64,000 nt of DNA from positions 18,493 through 82,492 of IMG/VR virus record IMGVR_UViG_3300012089_000001; one strand, given 5' to 3'. The translations under genes and the position numbers were made by a program. Positions within the stretch are counted from its first letter, which is position 1; the number at the start of each line of letters is the position of its first letter. This DNA comes from a virus. Below are positions 1 to 10,163 of the stretch, one piece after another. The notes under the pieces were generated by a model. That model did not search any database, had not been told where the DNA came from, and saw nothing but the letters and a program-made list of their open reading frames with translations.

Positions 1-64
1 CCCCTTATCTCCAAAAATCTCCTATATAAAATCAAAACCAAAACTCGGCCGATATCTAGCATAA

Positions 65-1024
65 TTAGGCATTACCTTTAGTAAGGTTCATACCCCAGCT
101 AGCACTATCATAGAAACTTATCCAATATGATTCTCTTTCATTTAGTTTGGATCTCTCACATTCTTCTAGTAACTCAAATGAAAAATTCCATACTCCTTCT
201 TTCATCATGGCAGGATATAGCTTATTACTAGTTATTCCTTCAGCGCCAACTCCGCGCTTAATATGACTTTTCCATCTGTCCCGCACATTTACACTTTGAC
301 CTATATATACTTCTTCTGTATTTACATTTGTTATTTTATAAATTCCACATATTGTGGATGTACCTAGTACTCGATTAATTAAATCATTTGTTGGTTTTTC
401 AAGATAAGTTTTCCATATTAATTTATTGAGTATATCTGCACGCTTTAAATTAATTTCAATAGATTTTATCTTTATTATATCATTTAATACATCATCATCT
501 AATTGAATCATGTAGTATCTTCTTTTATTTTCCTCTTCAATTTCATGTTTCTTAATTTCGATTCTTGATGCATATGCCTTCTTAAGTTGATTTAATTCTT
601 CTTCTAATTTCTTAATTTCATCTTTTCTCGCGGCCAAGGCGCTCTGTAAATCATTGACTAGACCCTTACGTAACTCAAGGAACTCTTCGGTGTAACTTGA
701 GCTCATTTCCGCTACTTTTTTATTTATTTCTTTTTCTTTTGTATCAAAGTAAGTACTTAATATTTCTGATATTTCCGCAATTCTTTGTTCATATTCTAAA
801 TTAGCTTTTATGAAGGAATTATTCAATTCAGAATATTTCTCGTTAAGTCTGTCATATTCGGTCTGTTTCTCTTGTATTATTGATTCTGATTGTGTTATTA
901 TACTGTTTACGTCAGATAAAGAATTACAAGTAAAAATAAATGTCTGGCAAATCTTTTCATATTCTTTATCAATAAGAATACACATAATCAGTAATAAAAA
1001 TATTATAATTACTAAAAATATCAT
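65..1024 (-). CDS. Membrane-anchored coiled-coil protein with C-terminal GIY-YIG nuclease domain
   Basis: N-terminal hydrophobic helix, long heptad-rich region, then GIYKITN...YIGQS...RW..H GIY-YIG motif. Confidence 0.75.
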   Translation of the reverse strand: MIFLVIIIFLLLIMCILIDKEYEKICQTFIFTCNSLSDVNSIITQSESIIQEKQTEYDRLNEKYSELNNSFIKANLEYEQRIAEISEILSTYFDTKEKEINKKVAEMSSSYTEEFLELRKGLVNDLQSALAARKDEIKKLEEELNQLKKAYASRIEIKKHEIEEENKRRYYMIQLDDDVLNDIIKIKSIEINLKRADILNKLIWKTYLEKPTNDLINRVLGTSTICGIYKITNVNTEEVYIGQSVNVRDRWKSHIKRGVGAEGITSNKLYPAMMKEGVWNFSFELLEECERSKLNERESYWISFYDSASWGMNLTKGNA

Positions 1025-1088
1025 TTCATCATTTCCTTAAAAAAAATAGAAAGGTAATTTTATACCTTCCTACTATTCTGTTATTTAA

Positions 1089-1397
1089 TTATTCAGTTGC
1101 TTCTTCTACTACTGCTACGACTTCGGCATCTGGATCAAAATCCTTGCCTTTCTGCGTCAATTTAATAAATTTTACAGTCTTATGCTTAACTTTGCCGTTT
1201 TCATCTTCAATCTCAATTTCAGTTTCTACTCTCTCTGCATATCCTTTACGAACCAAAGCCGCGGTGATAATTCCGTTTACACTCTTAACCGGCATACCTA
1301 ACGTATCTGCAACATCCTGTGCTGTATAGTTATCGCTATCACTAAGCTCCTTTAAAAAATTCAATACTGCCTTTGCATTTTCTTTCATTGCTGCCAT
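1089..1397 (-). CDS. Winged-helix DNA-binding protein
   Basis: YTAQDVADTLGMPVKSVNGII..LVRKGY helix-turn-helix followed by a beta wing. Confidence 0.55.
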   Translation of the reverse strand: MAAMKENAKAVLNFLKELSDSDNYTAQDVADTLGMPVKSVNGIITAALVRKGYAERVETEIEIEDENGKVKHKTVKFIKLTQKGKDFDPDAEVVAVVEEATE

Positions 1398-1468
1398 TTT
1401 AAAATCTCCTTTTAATTTAAGTTTATTATTATTATAACGAAGAGAAATCCTTGTTATCTTATATTTAT

Positions 1469-1497
1469 ATTATATCATAAAAATTTTATAGTGTCAA
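1469..1497 (-). promoter_or_regulatory. Consensus sigmaA promoter
   Basis: Minus strand TTGACA-N17-TATAAT; representative of many similar minus-strand promoters. Confidence 0.8.
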
Positions 1498-1697
1498 AAA
1501 TTTTGATTAAAATGTTTTTCGACTTTTTCCATCACATACCATAAATTTTCAGAATCTTTTAGTAATATAAACATCGTACCTTGGATATCATTTTCAGCTT
1601 TTGATACTTCATCTTTTGTACTAGAGACATTATTTATTATCTCTTGATTTTTGATTATTTCATTGGCCATTTTATTAAGTTTCTTTTTATTTTTCAT
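1494..1697 (-). CDS. Hypothetical protein
   Basis: ORF; start moved to MKNKK, which has an AGAGG RBS. Confidence 0.55.
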   Translation of the reverse strand: MKNKKKLNKMANEIIKNQEIINNVSSTKDEVSKAENDIQGTMFILLKDSENLWYVMEKVEKHFNQNF

Positions 1698-1746
1698 ATT
1701 TTCCTCTTCTTTTATATTATATAAAAAATTTTTGAATTTATCAATA

Positions 1747-2868
1747 TCAAGAGAAAATACAGTCAATTGTACAATCTTCAGCTAACTTATCTTCTCTCAT
1801 TTTTTTGAATCGTCCATGCCTAACGGTATGGTTAATCTTATCCAAACTCATACATTCAATTTCACAAACTTCTCCAATATATTTATCTGGATTTTCATTC
1901 ATATCATTTATCATTTCATCAGATAGTCCACTCTTGATCCTAGTAATTTCTTTTGCATAACCGTCTTTATCAATAGCAGAGATGATAAGTGTAGTTTTAA
2001 TCCCATAATAAGCCCACTTGGTTACCGGTATTAATTCTCCATCTAGATATCCCTTATATCCATCGCCCTTATAATAGGGTCCAGCCTCATCAACAGATTT
2101 CCAAAATTGCCAGCTCTCCAATTCTTTTGTTGAAGATTCAATAGCACCATAAGTTATATCACTGATGATTGCCTCTATAGTGGCTGTTTGTTTGATTTTT
2201 AATGATACCCATGCTGGACGATCACCAGGAGCATAAATTCCATCTTTTCTCTTTAAAACTACTCCCTCTTCACCCGCGGCCAAGGCATCTATAATCCGCG
2301 TTTCTATCTGATTAGTTTCAGAAATGGCTAGCTCTATAAAATCATAGGCTTTTGCCGCGTCTGACATAACTTTTTCTAAAACTCTATATCTCGTCCATGC
2401 GTCAGTGTTCATCAAATTAACTCCCTTATACATAATAATATCATGTATATAATAATGAATTAATCCTGCATCTTTCTGTCTTGCAATCGCTTTTTCTGGT
2501 AAACATCCCATTATAGTAGTTACTGTCTTTGATGTCTTTCCAGGATAATAGATCTCTCCCACAAGAACAGTGTCTTGAGGAAGAAAACTTAAAGCTTCTT
2601 CTATATGAGGAACATTTTTCATTTTATCGGTTAATAAACTATTTGTTTTACTAACGTTTCTTGAGAATAAATAACTATAGTTACAAGTTTTGTTATAAGT
2701 ATAATAATATCCATCTTTCTTTAATTGTAAAAAATACTCTCCGCTTTCACAAATATTAGGTAACAAGTTTTCTTTTCCCGCAGGAATTTTATTAACCAAC
2801 ATTGGCGGAATCATTGTAGCTTCTGGAAAATATTTATTTACTAAATCTTGATTAAAAAATGTTCTCAT
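1747..2868 (-). CDS. lig: ATP-dependent DNA ligase
   Basis: KKDG adenylation motif, LVGEIY, EGVVLK, LKIK motifs and OB-fold tail (RHGRF). Confidence 0.9.
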   Translation of the reverse strand: MRTFFNQDLVNKYFPEATMIPPMLVNKIPAGKENLLPNICESGEYFLQLKKDGYYYTYNKTCNYSYLFSRNVSKTNSLLTDKMKNVPHIEEALSFLPQDTVLVGEIYYPGKTSKTVTTIMGCLPEKAIARQKDAGLIHYYIHDIIMYKGVNLMNTDAWTRYRVLEKVMSDAAKAYDFIELAISETNQIETRIIDALAAGEEGVVLKRKDGIYAPGDRPAWVSLKIKQTATIEAIISDITYGAIESSTKELESWQFWKSVDEAGPYYKGDGYKGYLDGELIPVTKWAYYGIKTTLIISAIDKDGYAKEITRIKSGLSDEMINDMNENPDKYIGEVCEIECMSLDKINHTVRHGRFKKMREDKLAEDCTIDCIFS

Positions 2869-2891
2869 ATAGAAATCTCTCCTTTATTAAA

Positions 2892-3548
2892 TTAATAACA
2901 ATAGTAATGATACTTGGTTTTTAAATAAACCCCTTTGCCTTGCTTACCGCCGCTTTGATAAATAACATGATCTGGTAATATACTTCCATTTTCTAATAAC
3001 TGTTTAGCATTTATCCAGTTACTTTCTGTTGGAGTACGGTAATAATTTCCATCCCATGTACAAGCATATTGTCCTTTTTGAAATACTACACCTTTTAGAG
3101 TATCTGGATATCTACTTGATTTTATTCTGTTTAATACTACGCTCCCAACATACATTTGCTCCTGATCTGGATATGTATGACATTCACCGGCTAACAGATG
3201 AGCCATTATATATAAATCATCTTCTGTATATTTTATTCTGTAATCAATAATATATTTATTACATACCCAATATAAAGAATCATTATACAATATAGCGCTC
3301 CAGCTTTCTATCTCTTCGCCGTAATTCTTAATTACTTCAATTTCATCTCCTGTATTAAATTGACTTATAATATCAGAATCTGTTGATGGTAGTTGCCTAA
3401 TATTTACCACTGTTGACGAATACTTCGTCGTTGTTTCATAATTGTGAGTGATATTACTAGAAGTTGCAGTTGGTCCTGCCGCCAATGCCTGAATCGAAAA
3501 AGACACTCCAAGTATAAATGCAACAGTTAGTTTCTTCAATTTTTTCAT
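2892..3548 (-). CDS. SH3b + SleB/Hydrolase_2 cell wall hydrolase
   Basis: Signal peptide, VNIRQLPS SH3-like region, AHLLAGE...VGSVVLNR...FQKGQY. Confidence 0.85.
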   Translation of the reverse strand: MKKLKKLTVAFILGVSFSIQALAAGPTATSSNITHNYETTTKYSSTVVNIRQLPSTDSDIISQFNTGDEIEVIKNYGEEIESWSAILYNDSLYWVCNKYIIDYRIKYTEDDLYIMAHLLAGECHTYPDQEQMYVGSVVLNRIKSSRYPDTLKGVVFQKGQYACTWDGNYYRTPTESNWINAKQLLENGSILPDHVIYQSGGKQGKGVYLKTKYHYYCY

Positions 3549-3647
3549 ATTGAACTCCTTTGTATTTTTCGTAACAAATTTGTAATAAATTTATTACAAA
3601 TTTGTTACAATTATATTATAACATAAAATTTTTTGAAGATCAATATT

Positions 3648-6038
3648 TTACAATTTAATAGCTTTTATATCATTTCCTTGAAATAAGATATTTCCATAAG
3701 ATAATCTACCCACTTTTGGAATATCTTTTGTATTTATTACTATATTTCTATTTCCAGAAAATAACATAATATCTTCATTCTTATCGCCCACACATATAAC
3801 ATTTGATACTTTACCATAGGTTTCATCCACCCTATATGAGATTACTCCTTTTCCGCCTCTGTTCTGATTTGGAATTTCATCTATACTAAATTGTTTACCA
3901 TATCCTTTAGTAGTAATGATAATAAGATTATTATTTTTTACAATAGTTAAATCAATAATTTTATCTTCTTCTTCAAGATTAATTCCCTTAATACCTTGAC
4001 TAGTTTTCCCTGTCGCTGAGATTAATTTAGTATCAAATCTAATTGACCTTCCATTAAAAGTTGTTAATAATAACTCTTTATCTTTTTCATTAATAAATCT
4101 TACTGCGGCCAAGGTGTCATCGTTCTTCAAAGTAATAACTTTAATACCATTTGTAGATTTTCTTGAAACAATATATTCAGAAATTGAGGTCTTCTTAATT
4201 AATCCAGATCTAGTTACAAACAATGCATAACCATCCTCATTCGCTACTTTTAAGCTTGTTGCCGCGATTATTTTTTCATCATTATCAATTTTAATTAATC
4301 CATTTATTAACGTACCTTTTCCAGTATTAGTTCCAATAGGAAAATCATCAACTGGATACCTATACATTCTTCCTTTGTCTGTGAAAAACATAAAAGTATC
4401 TAGTGTATTGGTAGAAATAACAAAATCTACACAATTATCACTTTTTATACCTTTACCATTTTTATTTTGAGCTTTATAACTTTTCTTTGAAACTCTTTTG
4501 ATCTCATTCCCGCACATTATGACTACAACATCTTCTGGTTCAATAACTTTTATTTCTTTTTCTTTTGTTTCATTTATTTGAATTAATTCTGTTCTTCTAC
4601 TGTCATTAAATTTTTTGGCTAATGTAGATATCTTTGCCTCTAAAATTTTATATTGCTCTGATTCAAATTGTAAGATATTTTTATATCTGTTAATTTTTTC
4701 AACAAGCTCTTCTTTTTCTTTTTCAATCTTTATAGATTCTATATTTACTAATCTAGATAGTTTAATATCTATAATAGCTTGTGCTTGTATTTCAGACAAA
4801 TTATATTCAGAAACTAATGATTTTTTCGCATCCGCCACAGTAGAACTCTCACGAATAATTTTGATTACAGAGTCAATGTGAGCAAGAGCAATAAGAATTC
4901 CATTTACTACTTCAAGCCTATGTTCAGCTTTATCCAAATCATATTTGGTTTCTCTTGTGATAACATCTACTTGATGATCAACATAGATTTGAATCAGCTC
5001 TTTTAATGAAATTTGCTTAGGATCTCCATTAATAAGAGCTAGTTGATTTATGCTTACTGTCTCTTCTAACCTAGTTTTTTTAAATAATTTTTGTAGTGTT
5101 GGCTGAACCAAAGCTCCTTTTTTAAGCTCAACTACAATTCTCATATTATTCTTATTAGTTTCATCTCTTATATCTGAGACTGTCTCTAACTCCTTGGCCG
5201 CGCACAAATCAATTAATTTCTCCAATATAGAGAGCTTATTTACTCCATATGGGATCTCTGTAAATATAATTAATTCTTTTCCATTTTTTGTTTCTATATT
5301 ATATTTTGCTCTCAGTCTAGCTTTACCTCGACCAATATTATAAGCATCATATAAATCATCTTTGTTTATTAATAATGCTCCGGTTGGAAAATCTGGACCT
5401 TTTATATGTTCCATTAATTCTTTTGTACTTATATCTTTATTACTCATATAAGCAATAATTCCAGAACATAACTCATTCATATTGTGAGGAACAAAGCTAC
5501 AAGCCATACCAACTGCAATACCCTCTGTTCCATTAGCCAATAGCTGAGGAAATAAACTTGGCAATACTGCTGGCTCTTTTTCCGTTTCATCAAAGTTTGG
5601 AATAAAATCAACAGTATTTTTATTTAAACCCTCTAACATTAGCATTCCTGCATCAGAAAGTCTTGCCTCTGTATAACGCATTGCCGCAGCGCCATCTCCA
5701 TCATTACTTCCATTATTACCATGAAAATTAATTAATGGATATCTCATATTCCAAGATTGAGATAATCTTACTATTGCATCATATATAGATGTATCACCAT
5801 GCGGATGATATTTACCCATGGTATCACCTACAATACGAGCACACTTTTTATGAGGCTTGTCGGGAGTTAATCCTAATTCATACATGGCATATAAACTTCT
5901 TAAATGAACAGGCTTAGTTCCATCTTTTGAATTTGGCAAAGCTCTTTCTGTAATAACTGATTTTGAATAATCCAAATAGCTTTTTTCAAATTCATCATTA
6001 AAATCTACTTGAATAATATTTTCAATTTTGTCCATCAT
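3648..6038 (-). CDS. gyrA: DNA gyrase / type IIA topoisomerase subunit A
   Basis: DGTKPVH, YHPHGD, AAMRYTE catalytic Tyr, beta-pinwheel repeats with QNKNGKG and QNRGGKG. Confidence 0.95.
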   Translation of the reverse strand: MMDKIENIIQVDFNDEFEKSYLDYSKSVITERALPNSKDGTKPVHLRSLYAMYELGLTPDKPHKKCARIVGDTMGKYHPHGDTSIYDAIVRLSQSWNMRYPLINFHGNNGSNDGDGAAAMRYTEARLSDAGMLMLEGLNKNTVDFIPNFDETEKEPAVLPSLFPQLLANGTEGIAVGMACSFVPHNMNELCSGIIAYMSNKDISTKELMEHIKGPDFPTGALLINKDDLYDAYNIGRGKARLRAKYNIETKNGKELIIFTEIPYGVNKLSILEKLIDLCAAKELETVSDIRDETNKNNMRIVVELKKGALVQPTLQKLFKKTRLEETVSINQLALINGDPKQISLKELIQIYVDHQVDVITRETKYDLDKAEHRLEVVNGILIALAHIDSVIKIIRESSTVADAKKSLVSEYNLSEIQAQAIIDIKLSRLVNIESIKIEKEKEELVEKINRYKNILQFESEQYKILEAKISTLAKKFNDSRRTELIQINETKEKEIKVIEPEDVVVIMCGNEIKRVSKKSYKAQNKNGKGIKSDNCVDFVISTNTLDTFMFFTDKGRMYRYPVDDFPIGTNTGKGTLINGLIKIDNDEKIIAATSLKVANEDGYALFVTRSGLIKKTSISEYIVSRKSTNGIKVITLKNDDTLAAVRFINEKDKELLLTTFNGRSIRFDTKLISATGKTSQGIKGINLEEEDKIIDLTIVKNNNLIIITTKGYGKQFSIDEIPNQNRGGKGVISYRVDETYGKVSNVICVGDKNEDIMLFSGNRNIVINTKDIPKVGRLSYGNILFQGNDIKAIKL

Positions 6039-6056
6039 ACTTTTAATCCTTTCTAA

Positions 6057-7955
6057 TTATATCACCACTTTAACTTTGTGAGAATTTTTTATTATAAATT
6101 CTTTTCTAATAGCTGGACTATTTCCCATTAATTGATCCACTAAAATTCTTGATTTCTGCATATCCTCTATTGTCAATTGTTTTAAAATTCTAGTCTCAGG
6201 ATTCATGGTTGTGTCATTCAGCTGATCAGCGTCCATCTCTCCAAGTCCTTTGAAACGTTTAAGCTCATATTTAGTATTCGGATGTTCAGCTTTGAATTTT
6301 TCAAAAGCTTCATCATTCTGTAGATATTCATGTTTTTTTCCGTAATCAACTCTATATAGAGGAGGAACTGCAACATAAATATATCCTTTTTGAATTAGTT
6401 CAGGCATAAAATTAAAAATAAAAGTTATAAAAAGCGTTTGAATGTGCGCGCCATCAACGTCGGCATCTGTCATTATAATTATCTTTCCATATCTCATTTT
6501 AGATTCATCGAAAACAATCTTAGTTCCTTTAATTTCTTGACCAAATGCAATTATCATTGATTTAATTTCTTCATTGGCATAAATTTTATCTAAAGTAGCT
6601 TTTTCTGTATTTAGAATTTTTCCGCGCAATGGTAGTACTGCTTGAAATTCTCTGTCTCTTGCAGTTTTTGCGCTACCTCCAGCAGAATCTCCTTCTACAA
6701 TAAAGATCTCACACTTACTAGGATCTTTACTATTGGCATCAGCTAACTTACCAGGCAGAACAGAAGAAAAATTACTAGAGGTTTTCTTTCTTACGTTTTC
6801 TTTAGCTTTCTTTGCTGCATCCCTTGCCCTTTTCGCGGCCAAAGCTTTATTAACTATAGCCTTTGCGTCAGTTGGATTTGCCCGCAACCAAGTATCAATC
6901 TCTTGTTTTGTCAGCCTCTGAACAGTAGTTCTAGCTTCTGTGTCATTTAAAATCTCTTTATTCTGACCTTGATAAACTGGATCAGGCATCTTAAGATTTA
7001 AAATAAGAATTTGCCCTTCCGCCAAATCAGTCCCGCTAACATTCTCCTCTTTTTCTTTAATTAAATTAGCTTCTCTTGCATACTGATTAATAGCTGTTGT
7101 AAAAGCAGTTTTGAAACCAGTTAAATGTGTTCCACTAACTTGAGGAATATTGTTCGCATATAATTTAATCTTGTCAACATGAGTAGAATCATACACCAGA
7201 GCAATCTCTAACTCAGATTTCTTATCTTTAATATCACAATAAAATGGATTACAAATATAAGATTTAGCATCTGACAAGAAATTTAAATAATCAAGTAATC
7301 CATTCTCTGAGTAAAAGGATTCTTCTTTATTAATTCTTAAATCTGATATAGTGAACTTCAATCCTTTTGTAATAAAAGCTAATTCTTGAAGTAAGTTTTT
7401 TAATCTTTCGTAATCAAAATTTATTGTTTCAAAAATTTCTTTATCCGGATAAAATTCTACCACAGTTCCAGAAGTTTTATCTAAACAATTATGAAGATCA
7501 TGGCTAACAAACTCTCCTTTTTCAAACACAACAACTTCTTCTTGGCCATCTCTTTTAGTCTTGGCTATAAATTTAGAGCTTAAGGCATTAACAGCTTTCG
7601 CTCCAACACCATGCTGACCACCAGATGTATTATATCCGCTTTCTCCATCTTTATTATATTTACCACCAGTATTCATAATTCCAAATACTGCTTGTAATGT
7701 TGAGCATCCAGATTTATCAATTCCTATTGGGACGCCTCTTCCATTATCTTCTACAATACAAAAATCTTCCCCAATAGTCAAATGAATAAAATTACAACTG
7801 CCGTTTAATGCTTCGTCTACAGAGTTGCTAATTATTTCCTTTGGACAATGATGAAGACCATTAACATCTTTTGACCCAATGTACATACCTGGGTAAGATC
7901 TTATATGTTTTACAGACTCAAATGTTTGTATAGAGCTTGCTTCATATTTACTCAT
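6057..7955 (-). CDS. gyrB: DNA gyrase / type IIA topoisomerase subunit B
   Basis: GHKL motifs NSVDE, DNGRG, GQHGVG; TOPRIM VEGDSAGG, PLRGKILN, DADVDG, RFKGLGEM. Confidence 0.95.
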   Translation of the reverse strand: MSKYEASSIQTFESVKHIRSYPGMYIGSKDVNGLHHCPKEIISNSVDEALNGSCNFIHLTIGEDFCIVEDNGRGVPIGIDKSGCSTLQAVFGIMNTGGKYNKDGESGYNTSGGQHGVGAKAVNALSSKFIAKTKRDGQEEVVVFEKGEFVSHDLHNCLDKTSGTVVEFYPDKEIFETINFDYERLKNLLQELAFITKGLKFTISDLRINKEESFYSENGLLDYLNFLSDAKSYICNPFYCDIKDKKSELEIALVYDSTHVDKIKLYANNIPQVSGTHLTGFKTAFTTAINQYAREANLIKEKEENVSGTDLAEGQILILNLKMPDPVYQGQNKEILNDTEARTTVQRLTKQEIDTWLRANPTDAKAIVNKALAAKRARDAAKKAKENVRKKTSSNFSSVLPGKLADANSKDPSKCEIFIVEGDSAGGSAKTARDREFQAVLPLRGKILNTEKATLDKIYANEEIKSMIIAFGQEIKGTKIVFDESKMRYGKIIIMTDADVDGAHIQTLFITFIFNFMPELIQKGYIYVAVPPLYRVDYGKKHEYLQNDEAFEKFKAEHPNTKYELKRFKGLGEMDADQLNDTTMNPETRILKQLTIEDMQKSRILVDQLMGNSPAIRKEFIIKNSHKVKVVI

Positions 7956-8243
7956 TTTTTTCTCCTTTATTTTCTATTACTTATATTATATCATATTTTA
8001 TTTTATATTTCAAATTTATCTGTTCTGAAATGCTTGATAAGCATAAACATACCTGCCCTAGGGCGTAGCATATAGTTTAGTAAAATAAATAAAGCTACTA
8101 TATAATAAATATATAATAGCTCTAAATAAATTTTTTTTTTACTTAAATAATTTTTTTGTTTTAAGAAGGAAAGAAAAGAAAGAATTTTTATCTATTTCCT
8201 AACCCCTAAAATAATTATATCAAAAATTTTTTTCCAAGTCAAA

Positions 8244-8717
8244 TCATTGCTGTATATGTACTGGAGATATCTTTCCAGTAGCTAGTTTATCTGCAATTTC
8301 ATTACCTTGAACTCCACAATGCCCCTTACATTTTATAACTTTATAGTTAGGTTTTGTTTCTTTTGCATAATTATATAATTTTTTTATCAGATCTAAATTC
8401 TCTGGAGTTTTCTTGCTAGAATTAATCCAGTTGTTGCTTGCCCAATTATGAATCCAATCATTAAATGTATTGACAACATAAGCAGAATCAGAATAAATCT
8501 CTGCTTCTTCTGTTCCCTTAATAAAAGTAACATTGAACCATTCAAGAGCATTAATCAATGCTTTTAATTCCATCCTGTTATTAGTTGTACTGTTTTCGCG
8601 CGCGGAAGCCGCTTCGATTATACGGTTGCTAGCATCATATACGACATACCCCCATCCGCCTTCGCTATTTTCTTTGCCATTTCCGCGGCAAGACCCATCA
8701 GTGTAAATTGTTATCAT
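8244..8717 (-). CDS. rnhA: Ribonuclease HI
   Basis: IYTDGSC, TNNRMEL, YSDSAY, KGH..GNEIADKLA; GGAGG RBS before MITIY. Confidence 0.92.
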   Translation of the reverse strand: MITIYTDGSCRGNGKENSEGGWGYVVYDASNRIIEAASARENSTTNNRMELKALINALEWFNVTFIKGTEEAEIYSDSAYVVNTFNDWIHNWASNNWINSSKKTPENLDLIKKLYNYAKETKPNYKVIKCKGHCGVQGNEIADKLATGKISPVHIQQ

Positions 8718-9289
8718 ATGACATACCTCCAATGTAATTTTCCAGCACTTTTTCTTTGATTACGACAAACTAAAGAAATATCATTATGATTTATTCCAGT
8801 TTGTCTTTCTGCCTCACGAGTAGATTCATATGTAATATTTGTTTCAATACATAATACAGGAGTGCTAGTATTTTTATGATTTTTTAATTTATTAGAAATT
8901 TTCTCTTTAGTTTCTTTACTATGCTTTTTATTATACATAGGATTTTTTTCACCAGATGTGTTTATACTCATTAATTTTTTAGAAGACTCTGAATGTCTCA
9001 TTGTACCAGATCCACCACCAGAAGTAAGATTATATCCAAATTCCTCATTATTAGAATTATATTTTCTAATTAATTCAATTTCTTTTAATTCAGCTTCTTC
9101 TTTAGATAAATTTTCACATAATATTTCATGTGAAAAATTTTCCCACCCATATTTTATAATTGATGCATCAAAATGAGGATTATGACTATATCCCTTTCCA
9201 TTTCGCCATCGATGTTCTGGAGGATGAGATGTTATTCCTATATATACTTTTTTATTTATTAAATTTGTATGTTTGTAAACTATATACAT
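8714..9289 (-). mobile_element. Free-standing GIY-YIG homing endonuclease with NUMOD3/NUMOD1-like DNA-binding domains
   Basis: YIVYKHTN..KVYIGIT; MYNKKHSKETKEKIS; PVLCIETNITYES.REAER. Confidence 0.85.
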
Positions 9290-9451
9290 TTATATCCCCT
9301 TCACCAAAATTTTTCTTATTTTCTTTTTTCCGCATTTATTGCATTCGCTCCAGATATTATATACAGCATATCCTTTATAATTAATATATTCGCTGACTAT
9401 TGGCCCGCGAAAAGTATAATCATGTAGACAAAAATTTTTTAAGATCTTCAT
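9290..9451 (-). CDS. Small Cys/His (CxH...CxxC) protein, paralog B; not in ORF track
   Basis: Hand translation MKILKNFCLHDYTFRGPIVSEYINYKGYAVYNIWSECNKCGKKKIRKILVKGI. Confidence 0.7.
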   Translation of the reverse strand: MKILKNFCLHDYTFRGPIVSEYINYKGYAVYNIWSECNKCGKKKIRKILVKGI

Positions 9452-9464
9452 TTTAATATCTTCC

Positions 9465-9614
9465 TTACCAAAATTTTTTTATTTTCTCTTTCCCACATTT
9501 AGTACATTTACACCAGATACTATACACACTATATCCATTATAATCAATTTGTTTAGTAACTATTGATCCATAAGGAACATAATTATGTAGACAAAGTTTT
9601 TTTAAGATCTTCAT
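9465..9614 (-). CDS. Small Cys/His (CxH...CxxC) protein, paralog A; not in ORF track
   Basis: Hand translation MKILKKLCLHNYVPYGSIVTKQIDYNGYSVYSIWCKCTKCGKEKIKKFW; GAGGAG RBS. Confidence 0.7.
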   Translation of the reverse strand: MKILKKLCLHNYVPYGSIVTKQIDYNGYSVYSIWCKCTKCGKEKIKKFW

Positions 9615-10143
9615 ATTTAATCCTCTCCTCTTTTATATCTTTGATAATCTCCTCAAGATCAATAGGAAAGCATTCATGAGCGTCCATACAGACATTGTAA
9701 GTTTTTGAAACACTTTTATTAAATTTCTCTTTGTCGTGGGTGTGTCCATGAATAGACCAAACTTTCTTTGGATCTTCTCTATTAGCTACTAAAGTGGGAT
9801 AATGAGTTAGAATAAGACTATATTTTCCATGAGATAAGCGATATCCCATTTGGATATCCTCAAACATACCACTCTCTTTATAAGCTTTTAATCTATTGTC
9901 AGTATCATGGTTTCCATAGGCTAAATATTTTTTTCCTTTTAATTGTTTAAGTAGCTCAAGTCCCGAATCTAATTTCCCCATGATACAATCACCCAAGATA
10001 TAAACATCATCTTCTTCTCTAATAATAGTATTATATCTTCTTATGATTTCTTTATTCATTTCATCAACAGAACTAAATCCTCTTTCCTTCCAGATGAATT
10101 CTTTATCATGCTGGAAATGAAAATCGCTACAGATTAATTTCAT
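9583..10143 (-). CDS. Calcineurin-like metallophosphoesterase
   Basis: SDFHF, LGD, GNHD, THYP, HGHTH motifs. Confidence 0.9.
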   Translation of the reverse strand: MKLICSDFHFQHDKEFIWKERGFSSVDEMNKEIIRRYNTIIREEDDVYILGDCIMGKLDSGLELLKQLKGKKYLAYGNHDTDNRLKAYKESGMFEDIQMGYRLSHGKYSLILTHYPTLVANREDPKKVWSIHGHTHDKEKFNKSVSKTYNVCMDAHECFPIDLEEIIKDIKEERIKYEDLKKTLST

Positions 10144-10163
10144 TTTATCATCTCCTTTATTTC

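Noticed and set aside
629-6844. ALAA-encoding motif as an internal SsrA-like degron
   Set aside because: It occurs mid-protein and also on the opposite strand or other frames, so a DNA-level explanation is preferred
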